DNA of 33,477 nucleotides. It comes from Psammoneis japonica (lineage: Eukaryota). Both the position numbers and the translations under genes were made by a program. Location: NCBI GenBank assembly GCA_008632985.1, contig QPGO01000090.1:310001-343477 (forward strand), given 5' to 3'. The notes beneath the pieces were generated by a model. That model saw only the letters and a program-made list of their open reading frames with translations, had not been told where the DNA came from and did not search any database. Numbering within the stretch: position 1 is the first letter of the stretch; each line of letters starts with the position of its first letter. This document shows positions 10,247 to 21,031 of the stretch, in pieces.

Positions 10247-12532
10247 CTACCTCTTGCTTGACGATTTGTGCTTCTTTCGCCTTTTCTTTTCATGCTTTCT
10301 ACGTTTCTCCTTCTTCTTTCGTTTCCGTCTCTTGTATGAATCCACGCTACTGTCCACAGAACTACTGTCATGAGAGTTGCTTCGGTGTCGCCTCTTTCTA
10401 CGTCGTTTTCTTTGTTCAACACTTCCAAGATTGTCCTCAACGGATTTGTCATCCGATTCGTTGTCGACTTGGGGCTTGTCAAGTGGTTCGGATTCGGTCG
10501 TGTCCTGTGCTCGATCGATTCTGGCGCTAGCGGCTGGAGGGCTTGGTGTAGCAGCCTTATCAGTTTCATTTGCCGTAGCTGGTTGCGTTTCAGTGTCCCC
10601 GATTTCGTCCATGTGGGATTCTTCGTCGGATTCTGAAGAGGCAGAGTCCGGCTCAAATATTGATTTAAAAACGTCCATGGATGGACGATTCTCTGTCTCC
10701 AGTGGAGGCTCCTTGTCCTCATCTGGTCCATGCATAATATCTTTTGAGCTTGGCGGAGCTTTGCGTTCTCTGTCGGCAGCAGATGTCTTGTTGAGAATTT
10801 CATTCTTGAAGAATTCAGCTTCACTTCCTTGTGTCGGGACGTTGTCAGTTGATAACACAGTCGACGACGGAGCAGCTACGTGAAACCTCTTACAAAGCAG
10901 CTTTGTAGGAACAAACAGTTGGACCGTCCGAGTTATGACAATCTCAGCTTCTTTTGTGTCCTTCGTGTCACCTGCTGTGTCAGTCTTTGGTCCTTCAGCG
11001 GCTGCTTGTTTCTCTCCTGGAGTGGGCACGTGGAGACCGACAGGGCGCGCTGTTCCGCCTTCAGTAGTTGGAGCGCGGCTGTCGCCTGTCGTAAATCGAT
11101 TCTTCATTGCTATTGCGAGCCCAGAAAAGGCACTGCCTGCCATGGGTGTCTGAGAGGATCGATCTTCCGTGCCGATGTCGTTGGTGTTTCTCGTTGCTGG
11201 AAGAAGCGATTGGACTGAAGCAGCGTGTTTTTGCTCTACCAATGTTTCACGTTGCATAACCCTTGACATATCCCCAAATAACGCTGGATGTTCGTCCTCT
11301 CCAAATTCATGGCGCTTCACTGTGTAGTCAAACGGCACATCTGGACCTGCATAACGAAGGGCTTGTACGGCCGATGCCTCCTTGTTCCCGGTCGTTTCTT
11401 TTTTCGCAACGGTACTGCTACCGAGAACAAAGCCTGCAAGCGGAGGACGTCCATCAGAGGTAACTCCCTTGCTAGCGCTTGTCGTGCTTGAAGCTTTCGC
11501 TGTATTGTCCAGGGATGCCCATGAGGCAAAAACTCCGCCAAAGTCATCTCCCGGTTTGTTGGCACCGTCGCCTTCTTCCTCATCGCTGTGGTGATCATGA
11601 AGCACAGTGTCGTATTCGTCATCATCCACTTTTAAAGGTTGACCCGTATTACGATCCGAGGGATTGTCATCGTAGACATCATCCTCGTCCTCTCTCAACG
11701 CAAAGCCCCCAACCGTCCTTGAACCGATGAAATCTTCCACCGTCTCATAAGACACATTATGATTGTCATCGTCTCCCATAGGATGTGAATGCTGTCTTTG
11801 TCTTTCGTTTTTTTCATTGTCTTCGGTATCTAGTAAACTAGACATGCGGTATGTGTTGTGCCCCGAGCCACTGCCCGTGGCCGCCCGAGCACGCTGTTGT
11901 GCGAGCTTCTTTCGCTTCTCCATGTGCCGCTGAAATTCTGGAGCATCTCGATGCGGACTAAAGCCAATTCCACAGACATCTAGCTTTGGAGTCGGTATAT
12001 GAACTCGAGACTGCTGCAGACGAATCCTTTTCAATTTTTTTGCCGACAGGAGGTTCTGCTCTTCGAGAGCATCATTAGTTGTTGTCGCAGCATCAGTGTC
12101 TCCATCCAGCGGTACAATTGCGGTTGCTGAACCGTCTCTCCATCCCATGACTCGTAGCAGCTTAAGCCCGACATTTTGAGGCGGTTCTGTGGATGCAACC
12201 ACTCGTTCCAAGTCGTTCAAAGATGAGGTCTTCCGCATTTTCTGGGAATCATCATATTCTCTCTTGACCGACGATGGACCTCCCCACTGATTATGATCGT
12301 CTTCATCCATAAAGTCTTCCTTTCGCTGCTGTACTCGTTTCGGTTTCCTTTTCGGTTGTTGCACATTCTGAATCGCATCGTTTTCCTCTTCTTGATTTGA
12401 CGGAGTCCAGCCTTCTTTGGAACCCACCGTGTTGTAATACCCAGCGCTGAAGCCACCTGTAAAAGCACCATGAAAGTACGGCTTCTTTTGCCGTCGTTTG
12501 TTCCTCGGAACAAAGAGAGGTCTGCCCGACAT
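10247..12532 (-). CDS. GPATCH1: G-patch domain-containing protein 1 (GPATCH1/TOUGH-like)
   Basis: 'FHGAFTGGFSAGYYNTVGSKEGWTPS', 'EDFMDEDD', G-patch 'VGLKLLRVMGW', 'PTKLLCKRF', 'RPSMDVFKSIF', basic K/R tail. Intact 761-aa ORF. Confidence 0.92.
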   Translation of the reverse strand: MSGRPLFVPRNKRRQKKPYFHGAFTGGFSAGYYNTVGSKEGWTPSNQEEENDAIQNVQQPKRKPKRVQQRKEDFMDEDDHNQWGGPSSVKREYDDSQKMRKTSSLNDLERVVASTEPPQNVGLKLLRVMGWRDGSATAIVPLDGDTDAATTTNDALEEQNLLSAKKLKRIRLQQSRVHIPTPKLDVCGIGFSPHRDAPEFQRHMEKRKKLAQQRARAATGSGSGHNTYRMSSLLDTEDNEKNERQRQHSHPMGDDDNHNVSYETVEDFIGSRTVGGFALREDEDDVYDDNPSDRNTGQPLKVDDDEYDTVLHDHHSDEEEGDGANKPGDDFGGVFASWASLDNTAKASSTTSASKGVTSDGRPPLAGFVLGSSTVAKKETTGNKEASAVQALRYAGPDVPFDYTVKRHEFGEDEHPALFGDMSRVMQRETLVEQKHAASVQSLLPATRNTNDIGTEDRSSQTPMAGSAFSGLAIAMKNRFTTGDSRAPTTEGGTARPVGLHVPTPGEKQAAAEGPKTDTAGDTKDTKEAEIVITRTVQLFVPTKLLCKRFHVAAPSSTVLSTDNVPTQGSEAEFFKNEILNKTSAADRERKAPPSSKDIMHGPDEDKEPPLETENRPSMDVFKSIFEPDSASSESDEESHMDEIGDTETQPATANETDKAATPSPPAASARIDRAQDTTESEPLDKPQVDNESDDKSVEDNLGSVEQRKRRRKRRHRSNSHDSSSVDSSVDSYKRRKRKKKEKRRKHEKKRRKKHKSSSKR

Positions 12533-12972
12533 TCTCAGATTTTGCAGTTTTGTGGCCTCCTGTTGATGTTACGCGTAAATCGCCATGGTCACAGCCTCCC
12601 GCTTGCTGCCGCTGTTCACCACGGTCAAAGCAGCGAAATAATGCGAAAATAAAAAAATTGTTGCTCATTCGCCTGTTAGTCGTCAGTGTTGAAAGCTTGA
12701 CGCGAGTTAGCTATTTTATATATTATCTACGGCACTGAGGTATTTCATACCTATCGGTGTTCGCGCGCATCCGAGTCGTGGTTCTTCGTGCCACCACAGC
12801 GAAGCGCGAAAACGCTCACACTAAACTCGTGATTCACTGTCTTCTGCTTATAATTTTTTTGTTATCTTTATGAGAACTTCGCGGTGTGTTTCGGCTGGCT
12901 GGGGGTCGCACGACTCTAACCGCGTTTGCATAAATGAGAGCATAAGATTTTTCATTCGAAAGTGAACCAACA

Positions 12973-14703
12973 ATGATACAACTCCCGACTGCACATTCGC
13001 CACTCAATCATCTCTCTGTCAATCAGATGCCACACGGGATCCCATCGAGAAACAGTCCCCAAAGCCAATTGAAGAAAGGAGCTCCAGCGAAAAGAAGGGG
13101 GCGAGCGTCCAACCTCTATCAGGCGATTTCACAGCCGACTACTTCCCGTGATACCAGGCACGATACAAGCAACCACGACCAAAGTAGTTCACAGTCAAGA
13201 TCTCCATTGCTCCTATCAAGAACCAGGAAAACCCCAGAACACTCTTCAAACCGGGTCCGTAGATCGAGTCGATCGCAGGACGATGGATCGGACCAGCCCA
13301 TGGTTCCGGGCCGTCGTGTCGGCCAGCCAAAGACGCTTTTGAGTCCGAGGTACGAACATTCGATTTCTTCTTCTCCTGTAAGCCTGGTGCCTACTTCGTC
13401 TCTGTCATCCGCCAGCAGCGATGAGGACGAGTCAACTGTAGACGGCGCATTTGTCTACAATCACAACGGCCAAAAGATCGTACATGTGGAAAGCAATGAA
13501 ATCAACCATGACAAAAGTAAAAACTCACACGGACCAGGCAACGATTCGTACGAGGGTGAGAGTGTCGACTCTGAAGAAGACGACTCTGTCTCCACAAGCA
13601 CCGAAACAAGCACCGAAAGCAGCCGCGATGAGGACGACTCAACCATAGAAGGCGCCTTCGGCAACCGTAACGTACGTGTTGAAAGCAATGATACGACCAA
13701 TGATCACCGTCAATGGTCGAATGGAGTAGACAACGATTCCTATGAGGAGGAGAGTGTAGACTCTGAAGAGGAGGACTCTGTCACCGCGAGCCCGACCGCA
13801 ACGCCGGTAAAACAGCAAGATCTCCGATCGGCCTTTAGAAGCACTCCGCGAGAGCACTCTTCAGAGTTTGAAGCGCTGTGGGCACGAGACCATGAAATGC
13901 CAAACTCAAAGGTGGCGGTATCGATGGACCATGCAAACGACGCTGATTGTCCGACGATACGAGAAGACACTGACGTTCCCCTCAATATCGTTGTGAATAT
14001 CATCGAATCTGAAGTGGAAAGCATCAGATCGTCAATCACGGCTGTGCTGGAAGAGGACGAAGTACCCGAAGCTCCGATGTTGGATAGTCAATCCCCTCCA
14101 CAAGAAAGACGCGTTGCATGTTCAAGGCCAAAGCAATACAAAATCAAGACTCCTCCCGCGCATAAAACGTCCTTTCTTGAAGGAAATCTCAGCAAAATGG
14201 GGACCGACTACTTTGGTCAAAGACCGCGCTTTGTGGAATCCAAAACGGGTGGGAAGCAGCTGTCCATGACTTCCAACCGAGACCCCCGAAAAGTGATTGA
14301 TAAGCACCTACGGACGTTGGGAACGGCTGTTGGACAGTCGCTTTCCCTAAACACCCGGAATGCCTGTTATTTCTATTTTGAAGACCTTCTGGTTAACGTG
14401 CACATTCCAAAGGATGATGAGAACGTGTTTGTGATTAGTTCCACTGTGCATCAAGCCGTTCCTGCTCAAGACAGCAATGTGATTCTTCAAGATATGATCA
14501 AATCAGAGTACTTTGGTCGCGACGCAGAAATGCCAACCATTACCATGAAGAACCAATTGCAACTCAACGTGTCTTGTACCGTGGGCGTACAGCAAACATA
14601 TGTGGAGTTCAAGAAATGTATGAAAGAGTTTAGGGACATGGTGATGGGCATGAAAGAACGGATAAGGGCGTCAAAGTTTCAGAATACACAATGTATTCGT
14701 TGA
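12973..14703 (+). CDS. Hypothetical protein: long S/D/E-rich disordered region plus C-terminal CesT/Tir-chaperone-like domain
   Basis: Intact 576-aa ORF. Last ~130 aa ('IDKHLRTLGTAVGQSLSLNTRNACYFYF..VHIPKDDENVFVISSTV..FKKCMKEFRDMV') resemble the type III chaperone fold pattern. Confidence 0.7.
   Translation: MIQLPTAHSPLNHLSVNQMPHGIPSRNSPQSQLKKGAPAKRRGRASNLYQAISQPTTSRDTRHDTSNHDQSSSQSRSPLLLSRTRKTPEHSSNRVRRSSRSQDDGSDQPMVPGRRVGQPKTLLSPRYEHSISSSPVSLVPTSSLSSASSDEDESTVDGAFVYNHNGQKIVHVESNEINHDKSKNSHGPGNDSYEGESVDSEEDDSVSTSTETSTESSRDEDDSTIEGAFGNRNVRVESNDTTNDHRQWSNGVDNDSYEEESVDSEEEDSVTASPTATPVKQQDLRSAFRSTPREHSSEFEALWARDHEMPNSKVAVSMDHANDADCPTIREDTDVPLNIVVNIIESEVESIRSSITAVLEEDEVPEAPMLDSQSPPQERRVACSRPKQYKIKTPPAHKTSFLEGNLSKMGTDYFGQRPRFVESKTGGKQLSMTSNRDPRKVIDKHLRTLGTAVGQSLSLNTRNACYFYFEDLLVNVHIPKDDENVFVISSTVHQAVPAQDSNVILQDMIKSEYFGRDAEMPTITMKNQLQLNVSCTVGVQQTYVEFKKCMKEFRDMVMGMKERIRASKFQNTQCIR
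13414..13788 (+). repeat. Intragenic diverged tandem duplication (unit starts 13414 and 13621)
   Basis: SSDEDESTVDGAF..HVESNE..NDSYEGESVDSEEDDSVS versus SRDEDDSTIEGAF..RVESND..NDSYEEESVDSEEEDSVT. Confidence 0.9.
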
Positions 14704-14949
14704 TAATTGCATCTAAAGTTTACATATTTCTCTTGCCGTTCTGCTCTATAGTAGTGTCACGTAGTCAGGAGGAAATTTGAATTCCTAAAGATAGTCTACG
14801 GAAGACTTGAAGCGAGCGAATGAATGATTGAGACACCGCGCCGCCGCCGGTAAAGTCGTGGGTCGTCTGTCCAGCCAGCGACCCGGCATTGTCGGCTTCC
14901 GTCTACTCTCTAGAGTCGAAATTCTTTTCACGCCATGCGTTGACCCGCT

Positions 14950-16430
14950 GTTGAGGTGATCGCTTTGAACAGAACCGGTTGTGGACCTGTGCACTGTTGG
15001 AGCAGCAACTGCATTCTGGTCATCAAAGTTGGGTTGACTGTTGTGGAGTTGGGCACCCCCATGGTGTGCTGGTTTCTCCATCAAAAGGTGCTGCGAGGAG
15101 AGAAAACAGTCTTTTTCACAGCACTTGCCAGTGGCCCGGAGGCCCAGAAGGCAAAGTGTGGAAAAGCTTGCTTGGCGCTCGCTGGCGCCAATTGATGTGA
15201 AAAGAAGTGCTGGGTTGGGCAAACAATGACAAAAAAAGCAAAATGGCTGATTGTTTTTTTTTTTCAATGTGTTGAGTTGTTGTTTCTGGATTTTTTGGCG
15301 CCTTCTTGTTGCATGACCACAGCAAACAGCTTTGGTCACATGAGGCATGGTGTCAGCAGATGTCACAATCATTTGAGCACTGCAGAGAAATGCACACAGT
15401 TGCGGGTTTCTCTGTGCATGTGTGCATGTCTTTCTTCATTGATGTCCTTTGCTGCAGTTGACAGTGTGGATGAAAGGACCTGGAGACACTCATTTTCACC
15501 CTTGCCGCACACACACACCAAAAACAGCAACAGCACTTGACTGAGCAACTCATCAGGCCAGCTGGGAACTCCACCCATGATGAGGACCCAAGCAGGTGCT
15601 TGTTGCTTCCAACTGGTGTCTCTCACAAAACTGGGGATGTTTTGTAAATTTTGTGAATCTGGCATGAGAAATCAATGTGAGAAGGGCAGAGCACCCAGAG
15701 CAAAGCTTGTGTTCTCAGCCTTCCTGCTGCAGTGAGCAGCCAAGAGCATCTTGTAAGACTGTGGGAAGAACAGCAAAAAAACAAGAGCAAGAGCTCCCGC
15801 TGTGTGTCTGCTTGAACTCAATTGACAGCAGAAGCAGCTGGGTTGTTGGTGGCAAACAAAACAAGGGGCAGCAGCTTTCCTGTGACAGCCACATGTGGGG
15901 GGAGAGGGGGTGTTGGAGAAACCTGCCTGGCTCCAACAAAAACAAGAAGAGAGCAGCACGCACATTGTGCACAGAGCCGCAAATCTGTGGAAACAGATTT
16001 TTCAGTTTTTGAACCTTCGCTGTGAAGGTGCTGACAAGGAGATGTGCAAAGGCTCAGGCCAAGGTTGCTGACAATGGCACAGGTGGTGCACCCTGTGATT
16101 TGCAGGGACCAGGGGTGCTGTGGCATTGGGAGAGGAGGGTGGTCGGGGAAAATTCTTGGTGGTGGAGCAGGTGCGTGCACGGTGGTCAAGGAAAATTGGT
16201 GGTGGAACAGGTGTGCAAAGTGCTCTTGGCAATGGAAAAAAGAAAGAGGGAACCAAAGTGTGGACAGACGGTTGGAAAAGGGAGTTGTCGGTGGCGGTTG
16301 GGTGGCGGAGCAGAGGGGTTTCTTGATGTGCGGAGTGGTGGGTGGCTGGGTGGAGAGGGCCATGGCGAAGTTTAGGCTGAGGATTTGGGAGGCCCAGCTT
16401 TGGGATTGGCTGTGTGGTGGGAGATGCCGA
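14950..16430. other. Island 2: CpG/TpA-depleted unclassified (probably repeat-derived) DNA
   Basis: Only 3 TA found by hand (GTAA ~15644, GTAA ~15754, TTAG ~16373) in ~1.5 kb; CG sparse; CpG-rich flanks. Confidence 0.9.
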
Positions 16431-16447
16431 ACCGGTCAGGGGAGATT

Positions 16448-16540
16448 CCATCGCATCTACCGCGTCTATCTATCCGTCCGCGACGTCCATCCACGGATCT
16501 ATCTACCGGCATCCATCGCTGTCCGTCCATCGATGCATCG
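16448..16540 (+). repeat. Degenerate (ATCY/GTCC)n simple repeat at the right border of island 2
   Basis: catctaccgcgtctatctatccgtccgcgacgtccatccacggatctatctaccggcatccatcgctgtccgtccatcg. Confidence 0.6.
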
Positions 16541-16734
16541 CAGTAAAGCATAAGCGCCCTTCCAAAATAATTCGATTCTGAGCGAGGACAGACTGTACCG
16601 GGCTTCTACGTGATTGAGTTACTGTACCACACTGTACGGCCACACTTGCACAGAGAAAATCGCCAAAAATCGAATGCCGCCAATGCAATTCAGTGTGACA
16701 ATGAGATTCTGGATTGTGTGAGTCTGACCCGACC

Positions 16735-19095
16735 ATGAGAGTGACTGGCCTAGAATTAGCAGCATGGGGCGTTGTGGTGTTTCTCATTCTTCTCCAGCTT
16801 ACTCGGTTTGGCTTCAAGTCTCACAACAAGCACCAAGCCTTCTCCTCGGGTGGCGCTTCGATTATCAGTGAAGCAACGCACAACGAGACCGTCAAAAGCA
16901 ACAGGGACTCGATAAACCTTATGTCGTATCCTGCTTCCCGAAACGATCCTCTTCTTCGTGTCTATGTCTACGAAAATCTTCCAGCAGAGTTAACTACAGA
17001 CATTGAGCAGTGTCAGTTTGTAGAAGGAATTCAAGGTGTTTGGAAAAAGCGAAGCAACTTTATGGCCGACATTCCAATCATTAACCTTTTTAAGAATTAC
17101 CATGGCCGGACACTCGATCCTTCCGAAGCGGATATATTTGTTGTACCATACCCACACAAGAGCCATTGTATTTGCAATTTGAAGCTTCAACGCCCCCAGA
17201 AACTTGCAGGACTACACTGTCCTCAGGTTCCAGAAAAAGACATTGACTTGCTGATATCGAGCCTAACATTTTTCAATGAAACAACGGCAAACAGGCACCT
17301 TTTCATCCTTTCTGGCGATTTCGGTTGGAGCAACAAGCATTTGGAAATGATGCCACTGCTATTGACGCTTGGCCCAAAACCAGAAAATAGACCGGGAGCG
17401 ATTGTTATTCCTTACCTAAACGACAGACCTGAATTTCAACCCTCAGCAATACAGCAACGAAGCGATGCCTGGTGGACGACAAGGCCGAGAAAATATTCGT
17501 TTGTTTACTTCTTTGGAGGAGCCGATATTCGCAAAATTCGTGGAAACTTTCAACGTTTGGTTCGCGACGAATACAACTTGACTCTTGGAGGTTTGCCATT
17601 TGTGATGAAGTCGATTAGAAATTGGACACCAACTGAACAAGACTTTGTCTACGAAATGTATCGACAGTCGATTTTCTGTCCTTGCCTCGCAGGAGACAAT
17701 GCTCGTGAGTTTTTTATCCCTTCGTGACAGATTTATTTCCAGTTCAACCTCTCACTTTTCCCTTTGCTGTGTTTCCTTTGCTGGACACGAGTAGCCCAGA
17801 AGCGTTTCTTTGACGTTGCAATGAGTGGCTGCTTGCCCGTAGTAATATCGTATAACCAATCTCGGCATCCAGACTGGAATAGTTGGTTTCGACAAGGTGG
17901 ACCGTCAGTGAAGGCGAGCTATCCGTTTTCCAGAGGAAACTTCAATGGCGATGGTTCTATGGAAATTGACTATGAATCATTTGTTGTTCAAGTTCCGGAT
18001 TCTATTGCCAACATTAAAACGGTTTTGGAAGGAATTCTTGCTGATCCTGAGGATCTGCGCCGACGCCAAAAGAGCCTTCAAAAGTACGCGTCCTTCTTCA
18101 GCTACGGGACCACGAGCGACGGTTCGTATCAATATCATGACGCCTTTTCTGGCATTATCCACTCATTGAGGCAGTATCAGAATGCAGTGGAGAGTGGTGA
18201 AATCGCGTATGCTCCGTTAGGTCTTGCAAAGAAGTCTCTACCAAATATGCAGGATGGACCCAGGAGACCTCATCTGTCGCGTCACCAGCTGTCGCGCTTT
18301 ATTGTTGTTCCCGAATTCAAACTCTTATTTTGTTACGTGGAAAAAGTGGGCTGTAGCATGTTCAATCACCTCTTTCGCATGCTTCGAATTCATCAACCGG
18401 AGGTGTTTAATAATCCGAACGAGCTAGAACGTCAAGCCAATCATACCTGGAAGAGGAACACCCCGCGCAGTCACAATATTACCAAGGAGGGACTGGAAGA
18501 GTTGCTGGTTGACCCAAATTGGACAAAGGCTGTGTTTTATCGTGACCCTGTCTCTCGCTTTCTTAGTGCTTATCGGTCAAAGTGTGAGTCAGGGCATGAC
18601 CATTTGTACTTCTGCAAAAAGTTGTATGGAAACCGCTCCGTGACATTCGATGATGTGTTGACGTATGTTAAGAACAAAAAGCTTCGTCAAAATGTACATA
18701 CATTGCCCATGAGTCGCTTCTGTGGAGGGCTCGGCAGTACAATCGACTACTATGACTTTGTTCGTGAGCTGGATCCCAGAACGGCGCCAAACGATGTCAC
18801 GGAACTGCTGAACAAAATCGGGGTCGACAAAATGTTGACGAATCAGCTCGTTGAACGTATTGTTCGCAGCGGTGGGACAAATATCACGGAAGACGAAGAC
18901 TTTGTTGCGAAACTGGGCGTCCAGCTGAAGCATGATGCGACTCAGAATCCGTCTCACAACACAGGATCAAGCAATACATCCGGCGTGTGCGAATATTATC
19001 GATCAGACGAGAATATCAACTTGATCCAGGAGCTCTACAGTGTGGACTATGAAACGTTTCAGTTCACTCCGAAACAATACCAATGCTCGTTTTAG
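16735..19095 (+). CDS. Type II membrane GT47 (exostosin-like) glycosyltransferase fused to a carbohydrate sulfotransferase (Sulfotransfer_2/CHST-like); intron 17705-17794
   Basis: N-terminal TM; 'LRVYVYE', 'RTLDPSEADIFVVPY', 'RHLFIL', 'SIFCPCLAGDNA|PQKRFFDVAMSGCLPV'; then in the same frame PAPS-binding motifs 'KLLFCYVEKVGCS' and 'AVFYRDPVSRFLSAY', ending 'ELYSVDYETF'. Confidence 0.88.
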
Positions 19096-19328
19096 TAGGC
19101 CCTACTAGAGAGAAGTATTAGCCATATCTCTGCTGCCAAACCGCTTCAGTCGTGTCATAACCGCAAAACGCCACCATCGAAAACAGATATATAGTATTTG
19201 GCATGTTCATGATTATTTTTAATGTTTTGCATTCGTCATCGGCTCTTCATTTTTTTCTGCTCGCACAGCCTCATAATAAACTCAACTTGAAATGCGCTGC
19301 ATTGTTTCGGAGAGGTCTGGTGCACCCA

Positions 19329-20954
19329 ATGAAGAAGTTACTGGCCTTGTTGGAAGTCTGTCTCTTGACACAAGTGACATCTTTTATCGCACCCTTGACT
19401 CCGTTGCCGCGTCGGCATGTCACTTTTCACGGTCCATTGTTAGGAGATGTACATTCTAGCTATCAAGGGGATGATCAAAATGAGGAAATGGCTGATAGCT
19501 CGCGTCGACGAGACTTTCTTTCATGGGGGGTTGCTTCAGCCGCAGCAACTCTGGTTGCTCAGCCTGCTTTGGCAGCAAGACCCAAGAACCTTTACCTAGT
19601 CAGAGGCAAGAACGCCACATCAACTGAGGTTGGAAGAGAGCCGGTCAAAGTTGAAACCAAGGCACTAAGCAGTGAAGAGTGTCTTCTCAAGCTCCTACCG
19701 GTGAAAAATCCTGTTTTTCGGACATTGGAAAAGAATATCAGATCACTGTCGTCGCTTCGAAAATCAGGTATGGTTGCATTTTCGGAGGTCGTTCTTTTGA
19801 CTGATTGATATGCTTTCGTTCCTTACGCTCTAGGCGACGTTGTTTTAAATCTTTAAGATAAGGATGCAGAAGCATGGAAAAATGCACAGAAAGACGCCGA
19901 AGCAGCGCTAAAGTTGCTTGACTCCAAACGAAACAGGCTAGAACCGGTGTTTAACCCCGAAGACAATTCTTTAATGCAAATTACGAAGGCAGAGAGAGGG
20001 GAACAACAAATCGAGTCCTTAAGAACAGAACTCGTAAAGCTAGTCAGATCGACATTTGAAAAGAACGAACAAGTGACTTTTGAACAGCAACGAACTGCCC
20101 TGCTGGCGCTCAATGAGGTTGGCGAGCTAATGGTCGAGTCGTTTCCTTATGAAGTTCCGGCGGAGGGTAAGTTTTCGTTTCTACCGCGCTTATTGGGTCG
20201 GACGAGAGTCACCTTTCGATTTAAACGTGGAAAAGAGATTCTGGGAAATGTGACAATGATAGCCGACGGTTATGCGGCACCGATTACAGCGGGAAACTTT
20301 GTCGATTTGTGCAATAGACAATTTTACACGGGGCTTCCAATCAAGACCTTTCGAAAGAAACTTGGCGTTACACAAACTATGATGGGAAGTTTTCGAGAGG
20401 GCGGCTTACTGGCATTAGAGAATGAGATAATCGAAACCGAAAGAGCGCCGGCAGTACCCATACCAATATTAGGATCGTTTCAAGAAGAAGGATTCTACGA
20501 TCCTCTTACAGCGAAGCCACGTCGAATTCCGTTGGAAATTCTTCGTCTTGACAAGTCTACGGGCATACCGGAGCTGTCGTACTCTCGGGACTTTTGGGAT
20601 CTACCAGAATCGGAAGCTAGTGTCGATATCCCACAGGTAAACAAGCCCGTTTTGAGCTTCGACATTCCGGGTCTGGTTGCATTTAACCATCCCGACAAAA
20701 ACGCTGACGGGGGATCCTCTGAATTCTTGAGTCTTCAAGAAGAGCTTATGACTGAAGACAAAACGAAGCTTCTAAATGGACAATACGCGCCGTTTGGATA
20801 CATTGTTGGTGGATACGATCTTTACCAATCACTGAAACCTGGTGATGTAATTGAATCTACGACAGTTAGTGAATGGGGCATCTTGAATCTTGTAAAGATA
20901 AGAGGTACGAGCTTTACTGACGTAATGCAAGGCGGCGGTGGCAACGAAGAATGA
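19329..20954 (+). CDS. Thylakoid-lumen cyclophilin-type PPIase (CYP37/CYP38/TLP40 family); intron 19768-19857
   Basis: Signal peptide with 'VTS-FIAP' (ASAFAP-like), twin-Arg 'SRRRDFL..PALA', then 'LPRLLGR', 'ADGYAAPITAGNFVDL', 'IPLEI', 'GSSEF', 'GQYAPFGYIV', 'LKPGDVI'. Confidence 0.88.
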
Positions 20955-21031
20955 TACAACTAGCTTGTGCTCTAGAAAGTTAAAGGACAGCTTTGACTGT
21001 CCGAAGTTATGCTTTGAATCCCTCTATACTG

